Counted from the first letter of the stretch, positions 14,704-25,253 are shown. The stretch: DNA of 64,000 nucleotides from an uncultured SAR86 cluster bacterium (GCA_902628925.1 CACOPA010000003.1:98485-162484), one strand, 5' to 3'. Numbers and translations: made by a program. Notes: generated by a model not told the origin, from the letters alone.

Positions 14704-15351
14704 ATGACAGATAAAATATCACCTGAAGACTTTCAGAGAATCTACAAAGTTGTTGAAGAAAAAGGCGGTATTGTCTTAGCAATAGTCTTTGTTGCTCTTT
14801 TATTTGGAATTCTTTTTCTTTCGCTGTGGGTTGGACAGATTTCAAAAAATACAGGTGTAAACACTACTGATTTAGAATCTAGACTTATTCAGCTAGAGGA
14901 GGAGTTCCAATTGGCTGACGAAGTAAGCACTGAGTTTCTGACAGATACTGGCGCACAACTTCAATTTTTGGATAAAGAAATTAAGAAGCTTTGGGACCTC
15001 AGCAATAAACGAAACAAAGTCAACATTCAGAAAATTTTTACCGAACTTGAAGCAATAAAAAAACAAAATAGGGTTGTTACCCAAAGTCTAAACCAGCTTA
15101 AAGCCTCTTCAGTAAATTTCAATAAAGAGCTAAAAGAACTTAACGATATCATCAGGAGGCTTAATGTTGAGAGTGAAGAATTTAAGGCCATAGCACAGCA
15201 AATCAATGCTCTTCAGAGGAGGATGTTGGTCATGGATGAAACCATTCAAGCCTTTGATAATTTTAGAAGGCAAACCAATCAATCGATTGTAGACATTCAG
15301 ACACTTATCAATGAGACTAAAAATAGTCCTCAGGAGTTGACTTCTCCTTAA
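14704..15351 (+). CDS. Hypothetical membrane-anchored coiled-coil protein
   Basis: One TM helix (IVLAIVFVALLFGILFLSLWV) followed by a heptad-rich Q/E/K/L sequence. No family assigned. Confidence 0.6.
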   Translation: MTDKISPEDFQRIYKVVEEKGGIVLAIVFVALLFGILFLSLWVGQISKNTGVNTTDLESRLIQLEEEFQLADEVSTEFLTDTGAQLQFLDKEIKKLWDLSNKRNKVNIQKIFTELEAIKKQNRVVTQSLNQLKASSVNFNKELKELNDIIRRLNVESEEFKAIAQQINALQRRMLVMDETIQAFDNFRRQTNQSIVDIQTLINETKNSPQELTSP

Positions 15352-15440
15352 AATCAGTGATCTGTAAAAGGGTCAAAAAAGTTTATATTTAGCCGAAAAA
15401 AAGGTATATTCTTGGTAAGTTTTTCATATTAGGGGGAAAA

Positions 15441-17972
15441 ATGCGTAAATTATTATCTATATTAATGTTGTTGCCAGTCGGCATCATTTCTTCATCTTTG
15501 CATGCTCAAAATGAATTGGTTCTTGAAGAGGTGGTCGTTACAGCAACTAAAAAAGAAGAAAATGTTCAAACAATTGCTGAAACTGTTAATGCAGTAAGCG
15601 GCAGCGATATCGATGATTATCAAATTCGTGAACTAAGCGAATTAGCACAGCTGGTATCTGGAGTTGAGTTCACTCAAATTGATCCCAGAAGAGCAAGCAT
15701 CACAATTCGAGGTCAAAAACTTGACCCTGACACCGGTACTGATCAACCTATCCAGGCATATATTGATGAAATGCCTGTAAGACCTCAGGTTGCTTTCTAT
15801 CAAATGTTTGATACTGAAAGAGTTGAGATTTTAAAAGGTGCTCAAGGAACGGTTCAGGGTGTTGTTAGCACTGGTGGGGCACTTCAAATTTACACAAGAG
15901 ATGCTGAGATTGGAAGTGATGCTAGAAACGGCTATATCAAGTCTTCTTTTGCGGATAATTCTACTCAGATCTTAGAATTTGCATCTGATATAGGCATTAG
16001 TGACACAATGGCAATGAGATTTGCTGCTGTAACTAATGACAATGCTGGAAATGAAGTTAAAAATATTAGAAATAACCAAAGAGAAGACCATGCTTACGAT
16101 GCTTTTAGACTCTCACTAAATTGGGAGCCAAGTGATAATCTCTCAGTAAGACTTAAATTTCAAAATATGGAGTCAACAAGCATAGCTCCAAGAGCTGTTG
16201 CAGGCTCAAGTGGCCCTATTACTTTTGATACATTTGCAGCAGTTGCAGGTGTTTCAAATCCATTTTTTCCTGCCACTACTTATCCGGATTATGCTTCACT
16301 TGTAAATGGCTATGTAGCTACAGTTGCTCAACTTGGAGGAGCGGCTGCAGCACAGCAACTAGCTTTCCTTCACAGACCAACCTATGGTGATATTGCTGGT
16401 GGTTCACTTGACTTTGAAGACCGAACAGCCCTTCATTTCCAAAGAGCTTATCAGAATAATTCTGGAGAAACCCTAAACCTCATGATTGATTATGATATGG
16501 GATCACATCTTTTATCATTAAGAATGTCCGATTATGAAAATGATACTCTAGGGTTAATTGATAGGGATATTGCTGGTGCGTATCCATATGGGTATCCTCA
16601 AGAAGTAAGAACAAATGCTGGTATAGATACTTTTGAAGCAAGGATTTCTAATCAGGATAATTCTAAACTTGAGTATACTTTAGGTGTTTTCAGTAGAGAT
16701 TCAGAAACATTTACCCATGCTGATCTAGATAGATCCTTTGATATAACATCTGTAGCTCCTCATTTATATAAAGGAGCAGTACCATTTAATTACAAGACAC
16801 CTTTCAATGCATGTCAGGCTGCTGTTAATGATGGCAGTACATTTGCAAATCAAAGTGTGATTTTGGCTTGTTCAAACTATACAGTTAACTCTAAAACCGA
16901 AGCAGTTTTTGCTAACTTTAAGTACAACATTAGCGATCAAACTTTTCTTCAGTTTGGTATGAGAGAGCAAGAAATATCTGCCTATGCATCAAACCAATTC
17001 TTCCTTCCATTATCTTTGTTGGTAGGACAAGCATCAGGCGGGGGTGGCTCATTTGAGTTAATACCTGCTGCCTTACAGCAAGTTGACAATGAATCAACAA
17101 CTGGAAGCTTTAAAATCGGCCATTTTGTTGATGATGACGTAATGGTTTATTACTCATTACAACAAGGTTTCAGAGGCGCAGGACGTACTTTAGCTAACAC
17201 ACCAATTTCACCAGCGCTAGTTCCTTTTGCCGAAGAAGAAACTGACATGACTGAAGTTGGTATGAAAGGTACATTCATGGACGGCAGATTAAGACTTAAT
17301 TTTGCTTATTTTGATTATTCCTTCGAAAACTTCCAAAGAAAATGGGATGATGTAACCGCAAGAACATATGGTCCTACAGGCCCAGGAGCAACAGCTCAGG
17401 TACAGGGTGGAATCATTAATAATAATGATGCATCTCTTACAGGTATGGATCTTGAGTACAAATATATTGTTAATGAAAATCTTGTATTAGGAGGAAGCAT
17501 TACATCTTCTGAAAGTGAGTTTGATGCAGGATCAGTTGGTTATATCAATGATCCTTCCTATACAGGAATGACTGCTGCTACAAGAGATGTTAGTGGTGAT
17601 CCAATTAATGATGCTGTTGAAACCTCATGGACTTTTTATCTTGATCACACAGTGCCTTCTTATGCAGGCGGTGAAAGATACACAAGATACAACATCAACT
17701 ACAGAGGTGAAAGAGATAATGGCGTCAATCCAGATCTTAAAATCGGCGAGCTTTATCTTGCTAACCTTTACTTTGGTTGGAGATCAGGAGACGGACAATG
17801 GGATGCAAATGTCTTTGTAAAAAATGTCTTGGATGATGTAGATCTTGCATTTATGCCTAATTACTTCTCAGACTATGCACTTCCTGGCGGAAATGGATTG
17901 CCTTCAAAATTCTATGAAGCAGTAACTAACCGTGGAAGACAAATTGGATTCCAATTAACTTACAACTTCTAA
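15441..17972 (+). CDS. TonB-dependent receptor
   Basis: Signal peptide, TonB-box/plug start ELVLEEVVVTATKKEE, a long beta-barrel region, and a C-terminal ...QLTYNF with terminal Phe. GGGGGA RBS. Confidence 0.9.
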   Translation: MRKLLSILMLLPVGIISSSLHAQNELVLEEVVVTATKKEENVQTIAETVNAVSGSDIDDYQIRELSELAQLVSGVEFTQIDPRRASITIRGQKLDPDTGTDQPIQAYIDEMPVRPQVAFYQMFDTERVEILKGAQGTVQGVVSTGGALQIYTRDAEIGSDARNGYIKSSFADNSTQILEFASDIGISDTMAMRFAAVTNDNAGNEVKNIRNNQREDHAYDAFRLSLNWEPSDNLSVRLKFQNMESTSIAPRAVAGSSGPITFDTFAAVAGVSNPFFPATTYPDYASLVNGYVATVAQLGGAAAAQQLAFLHRPTYGDIAGGSLDFEDRTALHFQRAYQNNSGETLNLMIDYDMGSHLLSLRMSDYENDTLGLIDRDIAGAYPYGYPQEVRTNAGIDTFEARISNQDNSKLEYTLGVFSRDSETFTHADLDRSFDITSVAPHLYKGAVPFNYKTPFNACQAAVNDGSTFANQSVILACSNYTVNSKTEAVFANFKYNISDQTFLQFGMREQEISAYASNQFFLPLSLLVGQASGGGGSFELIPAALQQVDNESTTGSFKIGHFVDDDVMVYYSLQQGFRGAGRTLANTPISPALVPFAEEETDMTEVGMKGTFMDGRLRLNFAYFDYSFENFQRKWDDVTARTYGPTGPGATAQVQGGIINNNDASLTGMDLEYKYIVNENLVLGGSITSSESEFDAGSVGYINDPSYTGMTAATRDVSGDPINDAVETSWTFYLDHTVPSYAGGERYTRYNINYRGERDNGVNPDLKIGELYLANLYFGWRSGDGQWDANVFVKNVLDDVDLAFMPNYFSDYALPGGNGLPSKFYEAVTNRGRQIGFQLTYNF

Positions 17973-17990
17973 GTTAGTTCAATCATTTAT

Positions 17991-18016
17991 AAAAGGCAGC
18001 CTAGGCTGCCTTTTTT
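17991..18016 (+). terminator. Rho-independent terminator after the TonB-dependent receptor
   Basis: AAAAGGCAGCC-TA-GGCTGCCTTTTTT: a GC-rich palindromic stem followed by a T-run. Confidence 0.75.
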
Positions 18017-18062
18017 ATTAATGAGCTAATGATATAAATTTATTTCAGTAATTAGATAAGTA

Positions 18063-18662
18063 TCAAATATTGCTTTTGATGTATTTCATCAAATCATTTG
18101 AAAGCTCATCAATAATTATTTTTTGATCATGCCTCAGAACATTTCGCAATGAGAACCATGATGGAAAAAGAATTCTTGTAAAAAGTAGATCAGATTTAAT
18201 GGTTGAAAGATTCTCAATTTCAGGAACAATCTTGATAAATCTCTCACGCATAAATTGATAAGATTCAGCAACCTGATTAACGAGGGTTGGTAATCGAGCA
18301 GAATTTGAGATAGTAGCTATAAACAAGGTTTCATATTTCTCATAGATAGTAAATCTCTCACGTATAGCAAAACTTACTCTTTCGTTAAAAGGCCTATCCA
18401 AGTCAACTTCGCTATTAAAAATTTGACCCAACGAATGCATGCATTCTTCATGCAATGATAGATAGATGCTCTCCATATCTTTAAATTGCCTGTATACAGT
18501 TCTGAGACCAATTTTCGATTCCTTGGCTACTTGTTCTGCAGTTGGAAAGGGAGTGTTTCTAAGGAGTTTTAGTAGAGCTCTTACGATAGCATCTTTTGTT
18601 TTTTTGCTTCTAGCGAAACGTCCATCACCTGTTTTAATATTTAATGCAGGCTCATTACTCAT
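18063..18662 (-). CDS. TetR/AcrR family transcriptional regulator
   Basis: N-terminal HTH region (TAEQVAKESKIGLRTVYRQFKD) and a ~200-aa size. It is divergent from the dehalogenase array. Confidence 0.85.
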   Translation of the reverse strand: MSNEPALNIKTGDGRFARSKKTKDAIVRALLKLLRNTPFPTAEQVAKESKIGLRTVYRQFKDMESIYLSLHEECMHSLGQIFNSEVDLDRPFNERVSFAIRERFTIYEKYETLFIATISNSARLPTLVNQVAESYQFMRERFIKIVPEIENLSTIKSDLLFTRILFPSWFSLRNVLRHDQKIIIDELSNDLMKYIKSNI

Positions 18663-18675
18663 TAAAATATATTAA

Positions 18676-18700
18676 CTATTGACATATATAGTGTCAATAG
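18676..18700. promoter_or_regulatory. Candidate TetR operator overlapping divergent promoter elements
   Basis: Inverted repeat CTATTGACA-N7-TGTCAATAG. Each arm contains TTGACA. On the minus strand this gives TTGACA-17 nt-TAATAT (18697..18669), ending about 7 nt before the tetR ATG. Confidence 0.45.
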
Positions 18701-18728
18701 TCATCATGGCTTAGGGGATTAATTACAC

Positions 18729-19796
18729 ATGCAAGTCTTACGTACACCCGATAAATATTTTGAAGGAATAAAGGATTACCCCTTTAAACCAGTATACACA
18801 GAGATAACTTCAAGGGACGGAACACCTTTAAGAATTCATCATATTGATGAAGGCCCAAGAGATGGTCCTATTTTATTGGCAATGCATGGTCAGCCTGTTT
18901 GGAGTTACCTTTATGCACGTATGATTCCTATTCTTAATGATGCAGGAGTAAGAGTTATTGCTCCAGATCTTGTGGGTTACGGCAAATCAGATAAGCCTGC
19001 TGCACGAGAAGATTACTCTTATCAAGATCAAGTAGATTGGATGTCAGCTTGGCTTAAAGTCAATGATTTCAAAGAACTTACATTTTTTGGTCAAGATTGG
19101 GGGGGTCTCATTGGTCTTAGAATGGTTGCAAATGCTCCTCATCGATTTAAAAAAGTTTCGATGGGCAATACTGGATTGCCATATAACCCAGATGTTCCTC
19201 AAGATGTTATAGATCAAATCAAAGAATTTAGAGCAAGCTCAATTAAGTTAACACCCTACAGTATGGTAAAAGAGGTAAGGAAGATGGATGCTGACAGGGC
19301 ATTAGGACATGTTGCTTTGAAATTTATGTATTGGCAAAAATTTTGCTGGGATACAGAAAATTTACCAATAGGCATGATTAATTCAATGCAAATGGAAAAG
19401 AGATCAAAGTTTATGGCTATGGGTCATTATTTGTTTTTTAAACTTGGCTTAGAGAGTATCTCTCCATTTAGTACAAATCTCATGAAAGCTTATGAAGCTC
19501 CCTTTCCAAATGCCTCTTATAAAATGGGTCCAAGAGCAATGCCAAGCCATGTTCCGATTATTCCAGACCAGTCTCTCGAAGCACAAAAAAATGCTAGGGA
19601 CTTTTTTGCCACTTCCTCATTACCTTTTCTTTCAGTATTTGCTGGAGATGATCCTGTAACCAATGGCATTGAAAAAGATGTGTTGAGAATGGCTCCTAAC
19701 GCAAAGAGTGCCCCACATATTGGCGGAGGCCATTTCTATCAGTGGACTAGGCCAAAACAATTATCTAATATTTTAATAAACTTTATTAAGGAGTGA
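18729..19796 (+). CDS. Haloalkane dehalogenase, DhlA-like (HLD-I alpha/beta hydrolase)
   Basis: Closely resembles Xanthobacter DhlA as I recall it: RTPDKYF...[33 protein letters not shown], nucleophile elbow GQDWGG and C-terminal GGGHF. The cap region is longer (355 aa). Confidence 0.8.
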   Translation: MQVLRTPDKYFEGIKDYPFKPVYTEITSRDGTPLRIHHIDEGPRDGPILLAMHGQPVWSYLYARMIPILNDAGVRVIAPDLVGYGKSDKPAAREDYSYQDQVDWMSAWLKVNDFKELTFFGQDWGGLIGLRMVANAPHRFKKVSMGNTGLPYNPDVPQDVIDQIKEFRASSIKLTPYSMVKEVRKMDADRALGHVALKFMYWQKFCWDTENLPIGMINSMQMEKRSKFMAMGHYLFFKLGLESISPFSTNLMKAYEAPFPNASYKMGPRAMPSHVPIIPDQSLEAQKNARDFFATSSLPFLSVFAGDDPVTNGIEKDVLRMAPNAKSAPHIGGGHFYQWTRPKQLSNILINFIKE

Positions 19797-19798
19797 CC

Positions 19799-20482
19799 AT
19801 GATTGATTTTTATACAGCACCCACACCCAATGGGCATAAGGTTTCATGTACTTTAGAAGCCTTAAATATGGACTATAAAGTTCATGTCGTTAACCTCATG
19901 GAAAATGAACAAAAACAGCCTGATTTTTTGAAAATTAGCCCCAACGGTAGAATTCCTGCGATTGTTGATAGGAGTGCAGATAACTTATCTATCTTTGAAT
20001 CAGGTGCAATTATGATATATCTGGCGGAAAAGTCAGGAAAACTAATGTCTTCAGATCCAACTAAAAAAGCTAAAGTCTTGGAGTGGTTGATGTTTCAGAT
20101 GGGTGGCGTGGGCCCCATGATGGGACAAGCTAATGTATTTTTTAGGTATTTTCCAGAAAAAATTCAACCCGCTATTGATCGCTATCAAAATGAAGGCAGA
20201 AGGCTTTTTGAAGTTTTAGATACGCATTTAAAAGACAATGAATGGTTGGCTGGAGAATTTTCGATTGCTGATATTGCTAACTGGTGCTGGGTTCGAACGC
20301 ATAAATGGTCTGGTATTAATGTTGATGGTCTTGAGCACTTAGATAGGTGGATAAAAGCTATGTATGAACAGCCTGGCATGGTTAAAGGTATTGAAGTTCC
20401 TATAAAGATAGAGAGCATGTTAGATGATGATGAGAAGGCAAAAGAATTTGCTAAAAATGCTGAAAAAATGGTTAAAAAATAA
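19799..20482 (+). CDS. Glutathione S-transferase, YfcG-like (Nu class)
   Basis: [15 protein letters not shown]...[12 protein letters not shown]...[13 protein letters not shown] parallels E. coli YfcG. AAGGAG lies 5 nt upstream of ATG 19799 (the ORF track uses GTG 19793). Confidence 0.85.
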   Translation: MIDFYTAPTPNGHKVSCTLEALNMDYKVHVVNLMENEQKQPDFLKISPNGRIPAIVDRSADNLSIFESGAIMIYLAEKSGKLMSSDPTKKAKVLEWLMFQMGGVGPMMGQANVFFRYFPEKIQPAIDRYQNEGRRLFEVLDTHLKDNEWLAGEFSIADIANWCWVRTHKWSGINVDGLEHLDRWIKAMYEQPGMVKGIEVPIKIESMLDDDEKAKEFAKNAEKMVKK

Positions 20483-20494
20483 GGAGAAAAAATA

Positions 20495-21109
20495 ATGTTA
20501 AAAGTTCACTTTGTTGCTGGAACTAGAGCAGGTCGCGTGGTCTGGTTATTAGAGGAGTTAGGTTTGGAGTACGAGGTCAACATCATGCCTTTTACAAAAG
20601 AAGGGCTAAAATCTCCTGAACATAGAGCAAGGCATGCACTTGGAAGAGTCCCGGTGTTAGAGGACGGTGATGTATCAATTTTTGAATCCGGCGCTATTAT
20701 TGATTACATACTCGAGCGTCATAAAAATGGTGGATTAAAACCTGGTTCAGATGCTGCTGAGTTTCCTTTCTATTTGCAGTGGTATCACTATTGTGAGGGT
20801 ATGGTAATGCCCCCAATGAATCAGATAGTTGTACAGACTCTTTTATTGCCACCCGATCGAAGGGACGAGACTGTCTTAAACCAAGCTAAAAACTTACTTA
20901 CCAAATCGCTATTGCCTGTTAATGATAACTTAGCTGATAAAGAATACTTAATTGGTAATTTTTCTGCTGCTGATCTGATGCTTGGACATTCTTGCTTTAT
21001 GGCGAATAGACTCGGGTGTGTAGGTGAAGACATGAGCAACATCAAGGCTTATGTTGAAAGGATTAAGGCAAGGCCAGCTTTTGTAAAAGCAATCACTATG
21101 GGGGAGTAG
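20495..21109 (+). CDS. Glutathione S-transferase
   Basis: GST N-domain motif [23 protein letters not shown] followed by a helical C-domain. AAGGAG RBS. Confidence 0.85.
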   Translation: MLKVHFVAGTRAGRVVWLLEELGLEYEVNIMPFTKEGLKSPEHRARHALGRVPVLEDGDVSIFESGAIIDYILERHKNGGLKPGSDAAEFPFYLQWYHYCEGMVMPPMNQIVVQTLLLPPDRRDETVLNQAKNLLTKSLLPVNDNLADKEYLIGNFSAADLMLGHSCFMANRLGCVGEDMSNIKAYVERIKARPAFVKAITMGE

Positions 21110-21111
21110 GC

Positions 21112-21525
21112 ATGAAAGTAAAAAATCATTCTCGTCCTCATAAAACACAAATGGATGGGTTTTTTGAAGGCGATACTGAAACGCCTATTGCTATGCTGAA
21201 TTTATTGAAATTCAAAGAAAAAGCAGAGTACGAAGACGGAAGAGAAACAGACCTTACAGGCAAAGAGGCTTACTCAATTTATGGGCAGGAAGTTGTAAAA
21301 CATCTAGCAAAAGTTGGAGGTAAACTGGTTTTTGGTGGCAGGATCAGTCGTTTGATGATTGGTGAGGTTGAGGATCTTTGGGACAGTGTTGCTATTGCAC
21401 AATATCCTAGCAGGAAGGCAATGCTTGAAATGTTAATGGACCCTGACTACCAAATATCTGAAGAGCACCGCGAAGCTGGACTAGAGGGCCAATTGAATAT
21501 TGAAATTAAAGAAGGGGAGCTATGA
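21112..21525 (+). CDS. DUF1330 domain protein (cytoplasmic form)
   Basis: LNLLKFKEKAEYEDG...AIAQYPSRKAMLEMLMDPDYQ...EHR matches my memory of the DUF1330 (Dabb-like) pattern. Confidence 0.7.
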   Translation: MKVKNHSRPHKTQMDGFFEGDTETPIAMLNLLKFKEKAEYEDGRETDLTGKEAYSIYGQEVVKHLAKVGGKLVFGGRISRLMIGEVEDLWDSVAIAQYPSRKAMLEMLMDPDYQISEEHREAGLEGQLNIEIKEGEL

Positions 21526-22022
21526 AGAAGTATTTAATAGGCTTAGTTATTATTAGTGGCTTAATGTTTTTTTTAATAAGCAATGATTCAGATTCTAACG
21601 AAACCAATTCCTATAAAAATGCATTGAGACCAAATCCTATCCAACTTGCAGAATTTGCACTAGGGGATGATGATCCCATCTTAATGGTTAACCTTCTTAA
21701 ATTTAAAGATAAAGCAGAATATGAAGATGGAAGAGCTACAAATCTGACTGGAAGGGAAGCCTATGAAATTTATGCAACAGAAACAAGAGAGCATCTAGCA
21801 AATGTTGGTGCTGAACTGATATTGGGTGGTGAAGTAAATGGATTATTGTTGGGAGAGGTTGAAGAACTTTGGGATGCTTTCGGCGTTGCTAGGTACCCTA
21901 GTCGAAAAGCCATGATTGCCATGGCAAGGAATCCGGCTTATATAGAGAGTGAAAAGCACAGAGCAGCCGGCTTGGCAGGGCAACTTAATATCGAAGTTTC
22001 GGAGCAAGGGTTTGGATTTTAG
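21522..22022 (+). CDS. DUF1330 domain protein with N-terminal signal/anchor
   Basis: Paralog of the preceding gene (VNLLKFKDKAEYEDG...VARYPSRKAMIAMARNPAYIESEKHR). It is preceded by a hydrophobic MKKYLIGLVIISGLMFFLI segment. Confidence 0.7.
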   Translation: MKKYLIGLVIISGLMFFLISNDSDSNETNSYKNALRPNPIQLAEFALGDDDPILMVNLLKFKDKAEYEDGRATNLTGREAYEIYATETREHLANVGAELILGGEVNGLLLGEVEELWDAFGVARYPSRKAMIAMARNPAYIESEKHRAAGLAGQLNIEVSEQGFGF

Positions 22023-22485
22023 CAAGCTCTTTCCCGAAAACGCCAACAATAATTATGTTGGACATAAGTTTGCACTGTGGGGATTTATTCTTTTTACCTG
22101 TCTAATGACTTGGCGATCCGTTTTGCATATGTTTTTTGAACAATATGGATTTCATCAAATTGCAAATTTTCAAGTAATATCAGGCGACCCTGATCCAATG
22201 CTTCTAATTTATAGATTTTTTTCTTTATGGGGCTTTGCTCAGCTTATATTTTGCATCGTTTGTTGGATAGTTATTATTAGGTACAAAACATTAATTCCGC
22301 TGATGTACTTGCTATGGCTATTTGAGTGGGCTTTTAGAACCTTCGGCTATCCACTGATCAGAGAAGAAATAGCTGTACAAGGTCTTTACACCCATGGCAT
22401 GACTCCAGGCTCAGTGGGAGCACCATATATTTTAATTATTTTATTGGTTCTCTTTGGGTTATCAATTTTTAAAAATAATAATTAG
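22012..22485 (+). CDS. Hypothetical integral membrane protein
   Basis: About 4 predicted TM helices. The ORF opens at GTG 21949, which would overlap the upstream gene by 74 nt. TTG 22012 has GGAG 7 nt upstream and is preferred. Confidence 0.55.
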   Translation: MDFSKLFPENANNNYVGHKFALWGFILFTCLMTWRSVLHMFFEQYGFHQIANFQVISGDPDPMLLIYRFFSLWGFAQLIFCIVCWIVIIRYKTLIPLMYLLWLFEWAFRTFGYPLIREEIAVQGLYTHGMTPGSVGAPYILIILLVLFGLSIFKNNN

Positions 22486-22491
22486 GCAATT

Positions 22492-23598
22492 ATGAATCAG
22501 TTTCAAACTCTTAAATCTGACCTTACAAAATCAAGGATTATTAACGAAGATCTCCCAATTATTAGTGACGGAGAAATTCTTTTGAAAATTGAGAGCTTTG
22601 CATTCACAGCAAACAACGTTACCTATGGAGTTGCTGGAGATACAATCGGATACTGGAAATTCTTTCCAGCCGCACAAAACAGTGACAATAGATGGGGGTG
22701 CATACCCATGTGGGGTTTTGCAGAAATAGTTGAATCAAAGGATCAGAATCTAGATGTTGGTGAGAGGTTGTTCGGATATTTTCCTGCGGCAAATTCACTG
22801 GTCTTAAGTCCAATCAAAATTTCTGATCAGAGCTTTAGTGATGGCAAAGAACATCGAAAAGACCTGCCCCCCGTTTATAATAACTATCTGAGACTTAATG
22901 GTGAAAGCGACTATGATCCATCAATGGATCCAATCAGAGCGCTTTTATTTCCACTTCATATTACTGCCTTTTGTTTATGTGACTCGTTAGAGGAAGATCA
23001 ATATCTAGGCGCATCACAGATAATTATTATTAGTGCTTCTAGCAAGACGGCTATTGGCCTCGCTCAAGGCCTTGCAGATTCAAAAAATTCACCAAAAATC
23101 GTTGGATTAACTTCGGCAACAAACTCAAAATTTGTTGAGGATCTGGGTTGTTACGATGAGGTCATTTCCTATGACCAACTAGAAAAAGTCGATTTTTTAC
23201 AGGGCACTGTGATGGTAGATATGGCAGGAAATCGTGAGATTTTGGGAACTCTTCATGGCAAGCTCGCAGACAACATGCTTAAGTGTCTTACGGTTGGGAT
23301 GACACACTGGGATAATGAAACAACCGCCGAAGATGCTCTTGGACAAGCAATGTTAAGAGAGAGGACTGAATTCTTTTTTGCTCCTGCGCATATTCAAAAG
23401 CGAATAGGGGAATGGGGGCATGAGGGATATACTCAAAAAACAAATGCCTTCATGTCTGCAAGAGCATTACAAAGCAATAATTGGATGCAGATAAAAAAGA
23501 TTATTGGTTTGGAAGATTTTACTACTACCTATAAAGAGGTCGTTGCAGGGCAAATAAAACCTCATGAGGGAATTATTGTTAAGTTAAAAGATGACTAA
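22492..23598 (+). CDS. DUF2855-like protein (MDR/alcohol dehydrogenase-like fold, unknown function)
   Basis: 368 aa. The N-terminal ILLKIESFAFTANNVTYGVAGDTIGYWKFFP resembles DUF2855 as I recall it. Family assignment is not verified. Confidence 0.55.
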   Translation: MNQFQTLKSDLTKSRIINEDLPIISDGEILLKIESFAFTANNVTYGVAGDTIGYWKFFPAAQNSDNRWGCIPMWGFAEIVESKDQNLDVGERLFGYFPAANSLVLSPIKISDQSFSDGKEHRKDLPPVYNNYLRLNGESDYDPSMDPIRALLFPLHITAFCLCDSLEEDQYLGASQIIIISASSKTAIGLAQGLADSKNSPKIVGLTSATNSKFVEDLGCYDEVISYDQLEKVDFLQGTVMVDMAGNREILGTLHGKLADNMLKCLTVGMTHWDNETTAEDALGQAMLRERTEFFFAPAHIQKRIGEWGHEGYTQKTNAFMSARALQSNNWMQIKKIIGLEDFTTTYKEVVAGQIKPHEGIIVKLKDD

Positions 23599-25243
23599 AA
23601 ATCTATCCTTATTTGTACTAGCACTCTTAGTATCTGCATTTTTAATTTGGGAGTATAAAGTCAATTTGATTGTTTGGGCTTTACCAAAGGTAATGAATGT
23701 TGTGAATCCAATTCAAGAAAATATACCTACCACATGGTCAATGGGCCCTGAAGAAGCAGTGGATAGAGATGACGCTCGACCAAATATCATATTAATTTTG
23801 GCAGATGACATGGGTTACAACGATGTATCTTTACATAATGGTGGGGCGGGAGATGGTACCCTTTTAACCCCTCACATAGACTCCCTTGCAACAAGCGGTG
23901 TTTGGTTTGCAGAAGGCTATGCAGCAAATGCTACCTGTGCGCCTTCTCGAGCAGCAATTATGACCGGTAGGTATCCAACTAGATTTGGATTTGAATTTAC
24001 GCCTGTTCCTGATTATGGCCGTTTAGTAGTTCAGTGGCTTGCTGAAGAAGATGACGATATTTTAAAAACAAAAATCGACAAAACAATTGCCAACAATCTT
24101 CCAGATTTCATGGATCAGGGCATGCCTTCAGATCAAATAACTATTGCAGAAATATTAAAAGATGCAGGTTACTATACTGCTCATATTGGCAAATGGCATC
24201 TTGGTCATTCTAACGGCATGTCACCAAATGATCAGGGTTTTGATGATTCTTTATCTTTAGGCGGTTCATATTATCTGCCAGAGAATGATCCCAATGTTGT
24301 GAACGCAAAATTTGATACATCAATCGACAAAATGATTTGGGCATCAGGCCAATATGCGGCTCAATTTAATGGGGGAGATTATTTCGCTCCAAACAAATAT
24401 GTTACTGATTATTACACTGACGAAGCGCTTAAGGTTATTGAAAATAATCAACATAGGCCCTTTTTTCTTTACCTAAGTCATTGGGCTATTCATAACCCAT
24501 TGCAAGCCTTAAGAAGTGATGTTAAAGAAATGAATCATATGAGGGGACATAACCTCAAGGTATATTCTGGAATGATCAGGGCGCTTGATAGAAGTGTTGG
24601 CAAAATCGTTGAAAAGTTAAAAGATTTAGATATTTATGGAAAAACACTAATTATCTTCACCAGTGATAATGGAGGAGCTAACTATATTGAATTAGATGAT
24701 ATCAATAAACCATTCAGAGGCTGGAAGATAAGTTTCTTTGAGGGCGGTATTCGAGTTCCCTTCATTGCAAGCTGGCCTGACGAAATTGATTCAGGTCTAA
24801 AATTTAATCAACCTGTTCATCACTTTGATATTTTTTCAACCATTGCTGCTGCTTCGCGAACATCACTTCCAGCCGATAGAAAGATTGATGGAGTAAACCT
24901 GCTACCTTTTATTAAATCAGGTAAAACTGAAAAACCCCACAAGACACTTTTTTGGAGGTCAGGAAATCACCAAGCTGTTTTGCATGAGGATTGGAAATAC
25001 ATTACAAGTAAACAAGAAAATTCAAAATGGCTCTTTAATACAAATTTAGATCCTCATGAAAAGGATAATTTAATTGAGAGTCATCCCGTGGAATTAAAAT
25101 TAATTGAAAATCTTTTAGGGAAATTTAATTCGGAGCAAAAAGATCCTTTGTTTCCGTCAAGTACACAAATACCGATTTTAATTGATAAATATGATGGCCA
25201 AATTATCGAAGAAAAAGACGAATATATTTACTGGTCAAACTAA
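23591..25243 (+). CDS. Formylglycine-dependent sulfatase (aryl/alkyl-sulfatase family), N-terminally anchored
   Basis: ILILADDMGYNDVS and the sulfatase signature CAPSRAAIMTGRYP (C-x-P-x-R). N-terminal TM/signal helix. Confidence 0.9.
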   Translation: MTKNLSLFVLALLVSAFLIWEYKVNLIVWALPKVMNVVNPIQENIPTTWSMGPEEAVDRDDARPNIILILADDMGYNDVSLHNGGAGDGTLLTPHIDSLATSGVWFAEGYAANATCAPSRAAIMTGRYPTRFGFEFTPVPDYGRLVVQWLAEEDDDILKTKIDKTIANNLPDFMDQGMPSDQITIAEILKDAGYYTAHIGKWHLGHSNGMSPNDQGFDDSLSLGGSYYLPENDPNVVNAKFDTSIDKMIWASGQYAAQFNGGDYFAPNKYVTDYYTDEALKVIENNQHRPFFLYLSHWAIHNPLQALRSDVKEMNHMRGHNLKVYSGMIRALDRSVGKIVEKLKDLDIYGKTLIIFTSDNGGANYIELDDINKPFRGWKISFFEGGIRVPFIASWPDEIDSGLKFNQPVHHFDIFSTIAAASRTSLPADRKIDGVNLLPFIKSGKTEKPHKTLFWRSGNHQAVLHEDWKYITSKQENSKWLFNTNLDPHEKDNLIESHPVELKLIENLLGKFNSEQKDPLFPSSTQIPILIDKYDGQIIEEKDEYIYWSN

Positions 25244-25253
25244 GGAGTAATAA

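Noticed and set aside
15352-15440. A possible riboswitch (for example cobalamin) in front of the TonB-dependent receptor.
   Set aside because: The intergenic region is only 89 nt, too short for such a riboswitch, and I see no conserved riboswitch core motifs.
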